Assembly (NCBI GenBank): GCA_965242865.1
Contig: CBDETK010000013.1
Span: 2,880,001 to 2,944,000, forward strand
DNA length: 64,000 bases
DNA from: Candidatus Latescibacterota bacterium
GTDB lineage: Bacteria; Latescibacterota; UBA2968; UBA8231
Reading direction: 5' to 3'
The notes beneath the pieces are model-generated. The model saw only the letters and a program-made list of their open reading frames with translations, ran no database searches and was not told the DNA's origin. How positions within the stretch are numbered: position 1 is the stretch's first letter; every line of letters begins with the position of its first letter. A program made the position numbers and the translations under genes. Positions 37,521 through 45,519 of this stretch are shown piece after piece.

Positions 37521-39397
37521 GATGCGGGCTCCTCGGCAAAGTGGTTGACCACCGTATCCACCATCCGCTGCTGGCCTTTCTCCGACAGAATCGACACTGC
37601 TGGTAGGCCAAAGCGATCTTCGAGCCGACCCAAGGTACGTTTGATGTGCTCCGCAGTCATCGGACGTGGCTTGATGAATGTGCGCCCGTAAGCGGCGCGG
37701 ATGTGCTTTTCTTGGTCGCTCATGGCCAATAGCAGCGTCGGTGCTTTGGCGAGGGCGCGCAGAGCGTCAATGGTATCTTGGATATACTCGTCGGCGTCAA
37801 CGCTGTTGACCACGAGGATACACGCATCCGGCTTCGTGCCTAGCAGAAAGGCTGTCGAAGTCAGCGAATGGGTGCGGTGTTCATGCACATCGTAGGGAAT
37901 GGTGCCCGACTGCGAGCCGACCAAGATGAGATCGGGTTTCTGCTGCTGGCTAAGCTGCCGCAGTTTGTAATCCAGATAGGGCACGTAGTATTGCAAGGGC
38001 ATTTCCACATTGGAGGCATAGCCCATAGGAAAAGCGAGGTCCATGCCAAACAGCACCGCATGGTGCTCGGTGCCGATTTGACCGACTCGATAGCCGAGGC
38101 GCAAAAGGCGGCGACGCAGGATCAGTTGCAGGGTGAATTTGCCCTGTTGGGAACTAGTGCCAAACACGCCGAGCACCGGCACATCAACCGGACTGTAAGC
38201 CGGCTCAGTTTGGAGGGCTTGCCGTACGTCATCGGACGAGACCGAGGGATACGTCAAGTGCAGTCCCTTCTTGTCGGCGAGTTCGTACAAATCGCCATAC
38301 TTGTCTTGGGGCACGGCGAGGAAACTGAAAACGTGGCAGTCGCGCTTTAGTGCGGTCTCAATGGCCGTGCGTAGCATGTCTTTCTTGTCAATCCGCCCTA
38401 ACTGATCGACATAGCCGAGGATGAGCGTATCCGCCTTCTTGAGGGCCGCAGCAAGCCGGGGCCGGATGCGTACCCCGATGGAAGGTAAGCCAAGCACCTT
38501 GCCCGCGTCCTTGGCCACGAGCCCCTTGCCCACCGGATCGGCGATACCCGCGATCTCGAAAGCGAGTAAATCCCGCGCTCGGACCAAGGAGTGCATCTCT
38601 TTGTTGAACGGGTAGAGTGCCGCCTTCTGAATCCAGGAAAAACTTGAAGGGTTAGCAGGAGACTCCGGCGTGACCGCTGGGCGCGTACTTTGGAGCAGTT
38701 CCGGCGTCCCTTTCAACGCATTGGTCTGCAGTACCTCGCGCACCTGTTCCAATGATGCCCCCGGATGCGCTTGGCGAATCAAGGCAACCATGCCGGTGAC
38801 GTGCGGCGCGGCAAAGCTGGTGCCCGACACCATCAGATACGACGGATCGGTCCAGCAGACCCGCTGCATATCACCCCGGGCGACGCATTCAATCGCGTGG
38901 CCCGGACGATAGTAATACCCATAGCGTCCGCGGACCTTGCCTCCTGCAACGCCGATAACGTCGGACAAGACCGCAGGATAGCTTTCTCGCCCGTCGTTGT
39001 GCTCGGCAGCGACGAGAATAACCCCGGCTCCACGAGCTCGGCAACAGACCTCGGCGAGCCGGTCGCGGAAGGCAACGTCCGTCGTGCCTAAGCTGAGATT
39101 GACCACATCCATCCGCTGCTCAATCGCCCAGCGGATCGCCGCTAGCAGAGCCGAACCATCGGCGGTCAGGGATTCGTCGAAAATGCGGACATCGTACAGA
39201 GTCGCGGTCGGCGCGATTTGGCGGATGATGCCCGCGCAAGCCGTGCCGTGCCCCGCACCAATAGCTGCAGGCGGAGACTCCGAGTCCAAGAGGACCTCGT
39301 GAACTGCGCCGATCTTTTCGTGCGTCGGGTCAACACCCGAGTCAATAACGGCGACACGGACGGGATGAACTGCTTTGGCTAGGTTCGTCAGGAGCAT
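37505..39397 (-). CDS. S8 (subtilisin) peptidase fused to a DUF1611/P-loop-like domain
   Basis: Intact triad VAVIDSG, GHGTACAG, SGTSFAAPHV; C-terminal half VLGVFGTSSQQGKFT...VGSQSG; no signal peptide. Confidence 0.85.
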   Translation of the reverse strand: MLLTNLAKAVHPVRVAVIDSGVDPTHEKIGAVHEVLLDSESPPAAIGAGHGTACAGIIRQIAPTATLYDVRIFDESLTADGSALLAAIRWAIEQRMDVVNLSLGTTDVAFRDRLAEVCCRARGAGVILVAAEHNDGRESYPAVLSDVIGVAGGKVRGRYGYYYRPGHAIECVARGDMQRVCWTDPSYLMVSGTSFAAPHVTGMVALIRQAHPGASLEQVREVLQTNALKGTPELLQSTRPAVTPESPANPSSFSWIQKAALYPFNKEMHSLVRARDLLAFEIAGIADPVGKGLVAKDAGKVLGLPSIGVRIRPRLAAALKKADTLILGYVDQLGRIDKKDMLRTAIETALKRDCHVFSFLAVPQDKYGDLYELADKKGLHLTYPSVSSDDVRQALQTEPAYSPVDVPVLGVFGTSSQQGKFTLQLILRRRLLRLGYRVGQIGTEHHAVLFGMDLAFPMGYASNVEMPLQYYVPYLDYKLRQLSQQQKPDLILVGSQSGTIPYDVHEHRTHSLTSTAFLLGTKPDACILVVNSVDADEYIQDTIDALRALAKAPTLLLAMSDQEKHIRAAYGRTFIKPRPMTAEHIKRTLGRLEDRFGLPAVSILSEKGQQRMVDTVVNHFAEEPASCPGA

Positions 39398-39678
39398 CGT
39401 CTGATTAAGCTTAGGACCGCCGAATCTTCATCTAGTGCGATGTCCAAGGCTTCCGGTCCGAGCAAAAATGTCGAATCGATAAACCATTCAACCGGCTGAC
39501 CATACAGAGCGGCCAACCGGAGCAACTCCAGCGTCGAGACGGCTCGCTCACCCGATTCAATGCGGCTGATCGCCGATTGGTCGCGGCCAATTTCCGCACT
39601 GGCGGTCGCTTGGCTGATATGCTGACTTCTACGGGCCAAACGCAAGCGGCGGGCGAGCTCTTCAGGGGTTATGGGCAT
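39388..39678 (-). CDS. XRE-family HTH regulator
   Basis: RLRLAR...SQ...A..IG..QSAISRIESGER. Confidence 0.88.
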   Translation of the reverse strand: MPITPEELARRLRLARRSQHISQATASAEIGRDQSAISRIESGERAVSTLELLRLAALYGQPVEWFIDSTFLLGPEALDIALDEDSAVLSLIRRCS

Positions 39679-39744
39679 AATAGATGCGCCGGATAATTGG
39701 GTGGATGTAGCATCATTTTGTTATGCGTAATACGGCAGGTTAGC

Positions 39745-40611
39745 TTACTCTCGATTAAAGTAGAAGGCGAGTTCCGGCTGTTGGCGGGCAGATATGGCAA
39801 TCGTTGAATCCATGCGGATCGCCGTCGCTAAATCCTCGCTGGCCAACGTCATCTCGCCCTGCCGGGCGCGGATGAGTGCTCTGTAATACCACGCAACGCC
39901 GGTTTCGTTGTCGATCGATATAGCTCGATTGAGCGCGGCCAGCCCTTCTTCTAGGCGACCTGTACTTCTAAAGAGAATGCTTCGCTTGATCCACGACGCG
40001 AGGTGCTCAGGATCGTGCTGCAAGGCGATCTCAAGTGCTGCTTCAGCAGCCGCATAGTCTCTTTCTTGGAGATGAAGCGAACCAATAAGTCCCCAGAAAT
40101 ACGTGAAATGCGCGTCGGTAGAGTCGGCGACTAAGCAGGCTTTGTAAACATGTACTGCTTCTTCTACTTGTCGTAAATCGCGCAGAAGATCGCCCGTTCT
40201 CTGGCATAATCCCACGTTTTTGGGATCTAAGCGGAACGCAGCCGAGTAAAACTCAAGGGCTTGTATTGAATCCTCCATGGCTAGACAGGCATCGCCCTTG
40301 CTCTTCCACAGCCAAGGATCGTCGTGGTCGTACTGTATAGCAGTATTTAGGGCATCGAGCGCACGATCATATTCACCCAGCATTATATAACACTTTGCAA
40401 GCACATTCCAAGCGCGGGGCGAATCACCCTCTAAGGCAAGGAATTGTTCATAAGCGCGAAAGGCCATTCGGTGTTCATTGATCGCCATAAGTCGATCGCC
40501 ATGCCGCAAGTAGGTAGCCCCATCCGATAGATCATACCTCACCATTAGATATAACAGTGAAAGGATGGTTATGGAATTGATCAAAACGGCCGAGAGGACC
40601 CATTTTTTCAT
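39745..40611 (-). CDS. Membrane-anchored TPR protein
   Basis: N-terminal TM helix followed by several TPR units; start overlaps the upstream CPBP stop. Confidence 0.8.
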   Translation of the reverse strand: MKKWVLSAVLINSITILSLLYLMVRYDLSDGATYLRHGDRLMAINEHRMAFRAYEQFLALEGDSPRAWNVLAKCYIMLGEYDRALDALNTAIQYDHDDPWLWKSKGDACLAMEDSIQALEFYSAAFRLDPKNVGLCQRTGDLLRDLRQVEEAVHVYKACLVADSTDAHFTYFWGLIGSLHLQERDYAAAEAALEIALQHDPEHLASWIKRSILFRSTGRLEEGLAALNRAISIDNETGVAWYYRALIRARQGEMTLASEDLATAIRMDSTIAISARQQPELAFYFNRE

Positions 40612-41351
40612 AGCATAGACTCCAACATATAAACCCTATATAAGAAGACGAAGGCTGGGACCATATTGGCAACGCCGTGTATCACAATACAGGCTCCAAT
40701 AGAACGCGATCGTTCATAGTAGAGAACAAGCACGAGACCTAATCCCAAATGGGGGAGGAGGTCCAAAAATTTCTCGTCCATATTGTAGTGGCATAATGCA
40801 AACAGTATGACATTTGCCACAACAGCCCACATAAAAGGTAAATGCTTTCTGAGATAGGGATACAGAATACCTCTAAATAGCCACTCCTCCACTAAGGGAA
40901 TGACAACTACACCTTGTAATATCCTTATAACCGATAAATCGGGTAGGTACATTACCGGCGGAATATAAGCAACCGATTTTGATAGATTCGCTAGGACCAT
41001 AATTGACACGACTAAGGAGGCTGCTAGCCAGATCTCCTTCCCGAAACCAACCAAAGATAGCCTTAGCCGATTAGGCACGGTTCCTACAATGAGACGAAAA
41101 CAGACAAGCATTAAAATCATCGCGACCGCATGGGAACCAAAAAAGCGAAGAAGGACGATTTTCATATCCCGAAACAGCAACGACTCTTCGGCCCAGTCGG
41201 CCCAGTTATCGACATAAGCGTTCCTGAGCGCAATAAAAAAGAATAAGATGGCGAACTGTAGGGTGACCAAGATGAAGTTCCATGGACACTCCCATTCTTG
41301 TCTTCGCATGGTGTCCCAAGTATTGAGCACAGTGCTATAGACCGATTTCAT
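40608..41351 (-). CDS. CPBP (Abi/CAAX, Rce1-like) intramembrane metalloprotease
   Basis: EEWLFRG, FALCH and HGVAN motifs; multi-TM. Confidence 0.9.
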   Translation of the reverse strand: MKSVYSTVLNTWDTMRRQEWECPWNFILVTLQFAILFFFIALRNAYVDNWADWAEESLLFRDMKIVLLRFFGSHAVAMILMLVCFRLIVGTVPNRLRLSLVGFGKEIWLAASLVVSIMVLANLSKSVAYIPPVMYLPDLSVIRILQGVVVIPLVEEWLFRGILYPYLRKHLPFMWAVVANVILFALCHYNMDEKFLDLLPHLGLGLVLVLYYERSRSIGACIVIHGVANMVPAFVFLYRVYMLESML

Positions 41352-41553
41352 ATCCGCGTACCAAGCGTAGGCGATACCAAATCCAAGGACATGCTGTGAA
41401 GTAGCCCACTTTTTCGTACATCAGATCAATAGCGGAGTCAACAATGGTAATGTTGACTAGATGTCCAGAAGCATCAAACGGTTCTGATTGGTTGATTCGA
41501 CCTATGGGTTCCCTAGGGATATAAGCATCTATGGATGTACAGCGGTGCTACGT

Positions 41554-41602
41554 GTGATCCGTAAAACTTGTCACTTTATCAAGCGAACTATTCACGGATC
41601 AC
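41554..41602 (-). terminator. Stem-loop directly after the putative precursor gene
   Basis: Minus strand GTGATCCGTGAA pairs with TTTACGGATCAC (12 bp, one G-U), beginning 5 nt after the stop. Confidence 0.6.
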
Positions 41603-41606
41603 GTAC

Positions 41607-41990
41607 TTACCTGGGCCTAGTATTGTCTTGCCTCGCCTCTTGCGTTCCAGAACCTTGAGACGCCAGAGAATCCAGTACTGCCTTAGAGCTTGAAACAGAC
41701 AGGTGAGGTCCAAGATTTGGATCATGAGTCACGCTTAGATTGAAACCTCCTCCGAAGCCAGCCGATATGCTACCAGTTGCGGAGCTATCGGAACCTACGG
41801 TTAATTGAGCACCTGCCCCAGGAGTACTCAAACCAACGCCACCAGAGGACGACCAGTGTTGGTGAGTTCTGGAAGGATCATGGCAACTAAGGCAAGCATT
41901 GGAAGGATCGACCTGAAACGTTTCGTCATGGTAGGCTTGAATAGCCTTGCGATCCATCGTCGAGTACGGTTTGATGAGTTTTCTCATCAT
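41607..41990 (-). CDS. Putative bacteriocin/RiPP precursor (leader, CxxCH, Gly/Ser-rich core)
   Basis: Strong AAGGAGG RBS; leader-like MMRKLIKPYSTMDRKAIQAY; CLSCH; flanked by two CPBP genes. Confidence 0.6.
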   Translation of the reverse strand: MMRKLIKPYSTMDRKAIQAYHDETFQVDPSNACLSCHDPSRTHQHWSSSGGVGLSTPGAGAQLTVGSDSSATGSISAGFGGGFNLSVTHDPNLGPHLSVSSSKAVLDSLASQGSGTQEARQDNTRPR

Positions 41991-42042
41991 TTCCTCCTTG
42001 TGTTGATGAGTTAATTGTGGCAGCGATTCTTATATCCCTAGT

Positions 42043-42810
42043 TCACCCATAGGTCATAGGTCGAAGGATATTTGTCAAAAATCCTATAACGAAGTTACCT
42101 ACTGCATGAATAATTACTAACGGAATTATAGATCGTAATCTTTCTAAAAGGAAACACTGAATGACACCAAACGGGAAAATGGCAATAGCCACTATGTAAT
42201 TATCGTAGTATAACTGTGGATGCCAAATAGTAAATAAAAGAGAAGATACAGTCATACTTGGTATAATTCCGAAGTATCTTCTAAAGATATTGTAGCAAAT
42301 TCCTCTGAAAAACAACTCTTCTGGAATAGGCGGAAGCACCGTAAAAAGAAATATAAATATTAATATCATCTGAAAATGGGGAGACTTCCCTCCTGAAAAA
42401 GTAAGAGCCCCATAAGGTTTTCCTGTTAGTGTAAACATTCCGAAGTAGTAAGCACATCCTAAAGCGCATCCAATAACGATGGCTCCACCGTACCAGTATT
42501 TGGAAAAATTGAAATGCCAAATATAGTTGTAAGTCGGCAATCTATCTGTACGTACAAAGTACAGTAATATCGAGAGAAATAGAATATAGCTTATAATAAA
42601 CTGAGTAAATAGACCAGCAAACAAAGCCCATTCTATACTCCATGAATTGCCGAAATTCGATAGACGGATATTGGTAAAATATTTAGCCTCTATCCATATT
42701 TTAAAGCAATAACTTGCCAAGTGGGGAACTACCATTACCAGAAGAATTCCCCAGCTTATTTTTCCGACAGAAGATATAGTGTGATCTTTAGGTTTATTGA
42801 GTTGATACAT
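42043..42810 (-). CDS. CPBP (Abi/CAAX) intramembrane metalloprotease
   Basis: EELFFRG, FTIWH and HAVGN motifs; very AT-rich. Confidence 0.9.
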   Translation of the reverse strand: MYQLNKPKDHTISSVGKISWGILLVMVVPHLASYCFKIWIEAKYFTNIRLSNFGNSWSIEWALFAGLFTQFIISYILFLSILLYFVRTDRLPTYNYIWHFNFSKYWYGGAIVIGCALGCAYYFGMFTLTGKPYGALTFSGGKSPHFQMILIFIFLFTVLPPIPEELFFRGICYNIFRRYFGIIPSMTVSSLLFTIWHPQLYYDNYIVAIAIFPFGVIQCFLLERLRSIIPLVIIHAVGNFVIGFLTNILRPMTYG

Positions 42811-42887
42811 TGACTTAAATCCTTTGTTAGATACTTGCCATTCTATCGTAGAGTTGAACGTATATACCTCCTCGTATCAATAGTTCC

Positions 42888-43844
42888 TCATGTACATACA
42901 GCTACATACAGCCGCGCTAGCTGCCCAATCTCGATCTTGGGCAGGTCGGTTTCCTTAACCATAATTCGTGCTTGCCAGCCATCGGTCTGAGCCACTTCGA
43001 GCACCGTTTCCCCCGCTTGGAGACGATCTCCCACCCGTTGCTCTAGTTGCCCGGTCAGCACCGTGCCCGCGGCCGGTGGCCAGAGCGTGTTCTTGGCCAG
43101 CCGGTTTTCTAACCGCTGGTACTCCTGCTCGATCTTCTCGCGCTGTTTCTCCAAGGTGTGGAGTTCGGCGGCTCGTCCTTGTACGGCCTGAAGCCGCTGC
43201 TGGCTCTGCTCCAACTCGGCTTCGGCATCTCTCAGCCAAGCGTTGCCCAGCCGTACCGGCAGAAGCTGCTCCAACGGTTGACGGACAAAGCTGGTCGGCA
43301 ACAAGGCGGCTGTTGAGTAGATGGTTTGTTCGGCCACGACCTGCTCCAATTGGATGCGCCTGCGCTCTACTTCCCGCTGGGCGTGGACGACCTCGGCTTG
43401 GCGAATGTTGCGCTCCTGCGCCATCTGCTGCTGAATGGCTCGCTGCTGGCTCCGGTTGACTCCGAGATCCTTTTCGGCCTGCCGGAGTTGGATGCGCCAG
43501 TCGGTATCGTCGAGTGTAACCAGCGGTTGCCCCTTTTCTACCTGTTGCCCCTGTCGGACGTGCATCTGCTGGATAATCCCCGCAATCTCGGCCTTGACCC
43601 GACGCCGATGGCGCGGCTCAACGACGCCCGTGCCCTCTACAGTCATATCCATGCTGAAATACCAACTCAGGACGCCAGCGAGTGCCAGCAAGCACCCCAC
43701 CAACCCCAGAATCACCAAGAGAAACGAGCGCACGAACCGAAAGCCCGGCCCGTGAAATTCTTCCCCTATACTCAGGGCATTACTACGGCTATCGTGCCGT
43801 TCGTTTTGCCCCAGTACTTGAGATTGAGCGGTTAGAGCCGGCAT
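42888..43844 (-). CDS. HlyD-family membrane fusion protein, probably C-terminally truncated
   Basis: TM anchor, GIIQQMHVRQGQQVEKGQPL lipoyl half, coiled coil, PAAGTV; ends abruptly (GQLARLYVAVCT*) where AT-rich DNA begins. Confidence 0.8.
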   Translation of the reverse strand: MPALTAQSQVLGQNERHDSRSNALSIGEEFHGPGFRFVRSFLLVILGLVGCLLALAGVLSWYFSMDMTVEGTGVVEPRHRRRVKAEIAGIIQQMHVRQGQQVEKGQPLVTLDDTDWRIQLRQAEKDLGVNRSQQRAIQQQMAQERNIRQAEVVHAQREVERRRIQLEQVVAEQTIYSTAALLPTSFVRQPLEQLLPVRLGNAWLRDAEAELEQSQQRLQAVQGRAAELHTLEKQREKIEQEYQRLENRLAKNTLWPPAAGTVLTGQLEQRVGDRLQAGETVLEVAQTDGWQARIMVKETDLPKIEIGQLARLYVAVCT

Positions 43845-44222
43845 CTTCTAACTCCATGCGCTAAAAGGAAAGTCCCCGAGCACAAGCGGCTCAAGGTTGA
43901 TTTTGTATGGGGAAGGCCCGCACCGCGCAACCACGCATACCGGCGCACCCATAGCGGCTCCCAAGGCATACGGCACGGCGGCAATAGAGCCGTACAGACC
44001 GCTGCCCACTCGGCACCGAATGGCTCGCCAAGCGACAACAAAAGGCTTGTTAAGAGAAAATTTAGTGCGCCCTGCCGCAAGCCGCGTCCCTCCCATGGCG
44101 ATTGCGGCCTGCGACCCGTTTGCCTAATGTGAATATTCTTTAGCTGAATGACCATGAGTAGGAATGAGACCATACCTCCTAATGGTGCGACAGCACGGGT
44201 GCGCCGCTAGTGAACCACTATC

Positions 44223-44340
44223 AAAGAAAGTGCCTCGCAATTTGGCGTTTTTCAGCCGGGCGGCGGTCCGTTTCCTCGCGCTCTTTTTTCCGTTCGCAAG
44301 CTGCGAGCCCCCGCTCCCGCAACCCCAAGCGGACGCCGCG
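44223..44340 (+). repeat. 118-bp direct repeat, right copy (island boundary)
   Basis: Matches 34217-34334 at 117 of 118 positions. Confidence 0.95.
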
Positions 44341-45402
44341 TACCACGTCTATCCGGGCGACAGCATCCAAGCGGCCCTCGAAGCGGCCGCCCGCGACCCA
44401 ACCCACAAGACCGTCAAGGTTCACGCGGGGACCTATCGGCCACAACGGCCCGGCCAAGCGCTGATCTTCTTCGCGGCCCGCCACGATGGCATCGCGCTCG
44501 AAGCGGTGGGGCGCGTGGTGCTGACGGCCGCCCATGCCGAGCGCGCCGACCCCAAGGCGGCCAGTTACCCGGCCCTCGTCAACCACGTGGTCTTTTTTGG
44601 CGATGGCATCTCCCGGCGCACCGTCCTACGCGGTTTCACCATCACCGGCGCCAACAACTTTGCCAACCGCAACGAAGGCCCTGACCCCATGCAGCCGGAC
44701 TCCTCCAACGGCGTGCGCTGGGAAAAGGGACTGTTCTTTTACGCCGATGGCGGCGGCATCAAGGTATTTGGCCGCTCCTATCCAACCCTCACCGATCTAG
44801 CAATCCACGACAACTACGCCAGCCCCTGCGGCGGCGGCATCTCCATTGAGCATCGGGGGTTCGACGCCGAGGCCGTGCTGATTGAGAACTCGGTCTTCCG
44901 CAACAACAGCTGCCAAATCACCGGCGCGGCCGTCGATGTGCTGCCCGGCAGCGCGGCCGTGCTCGACAACTGCCTCTTCGTCGGCAATGTCGCCAATCTC
45001 GGCCCTGACTACGTGGGCCGCGGCGGCCGCGAATACAACAAGATGCACGGCTCTGGGGCGTTGACGGTCTTTCCCGGGGCGCACGTCGAAGTGCGCGACT
45101 GCACCTTTACGGACAACTGGAACGGCGTGGACGACAAGGGGCGCGGCAGTGCGTACCGCAATACCATTTTCTGGATGAACGTGCGCGCTGGCGGCATGGC
45201 CCTCGGCCGCCGCTACGAGGTCGATCTGCTCGACAGCCGCCGCTTCAGCGGCTGCTTCGTCCGCGGCCAGATTGACGACCTACGCGGCACCTTGGACCCG
45301 GAGCGCAATGTGCTCCAAGCACCCGACCCGCAATTCGACGAGCACTATCGGCCTCAAGCTCCGGCCTACGCCGGGGTAGGCTATCGGCCAGCAGGGGAGT
45401 AG
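44230..45402 (+). CDS. Right-handed parallel beta-helix lipoprotein
   Basis: GTG start, lipobox FASC, PGDSIQAAL..AGTY, LRGFTITG, GGGI and NCLFVGN repeats. Confidence 0.8.
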   Translation: MPRNLAFFSRAAVRFLALFFPFASCEPPLPQPQADAAYHVYPGDSIQAALEAAARDPTHKTVKVHAGTYRPQRPGQALIFFAARHDGIALEAVGRVVLTAAHAERADPKAASYPALVNHVVFFGDGISRRTVLRGFTITGANNFANRNEGPDPMQPDSSNGVRWEKGLFFYADGGGIKVFGRSYPTLTDLAIHDNYASPCGGGISIEHRGFDAEAVLIENSVFRNNSCQITGAAVDVLPGSAAVLDNCLFVGNVANLGPDYVGRGGREYNKMHGSGALTVFPGAHVEVRDCTFTDNWNGVDDKGRGSAYRNTIFWMNVRAGGMALGRRYEVDLLDSRRFSGCFVRGQIDDLRGTLDPERNVLQAPDPQFDEHYRPQAPAYAGVGYRPAGE

Positions 45403-45519
45403 CCCCAGGGCCGCTTGGATTGGGGCGACGAGCACCCGCTTTGATAAAAAAACCGCCGTTGCCTATACTGTGTCGGCCTTTCCGCACCATATCCTCATCT
45501 TTCATGATCGTTCCACCTT

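Larger units (their letters stand above)
34335..44222. mobile_element. ~9.9-kb genomic island carrying a RiPP/bacteriocin-like cluster
   Basis: Bounded by 118-bp direct repeats; lower GC than host; all called genes on the minus strand; no integrase seen. Confidence 0.7.

Noticed and set aside
41352-41550. Additional precursor peptide between the precursor and the second CPBP gene
   Set aside because: Only short or start-less frames with no RBS or leader similarity
41880-41894. Calling the 127-aa ORF a c-type cytochrome
   Set aside because: No Sec signal or cytochrome-like helical body, and no maturation genes nearby; the context points to a peptide/toxin precursor
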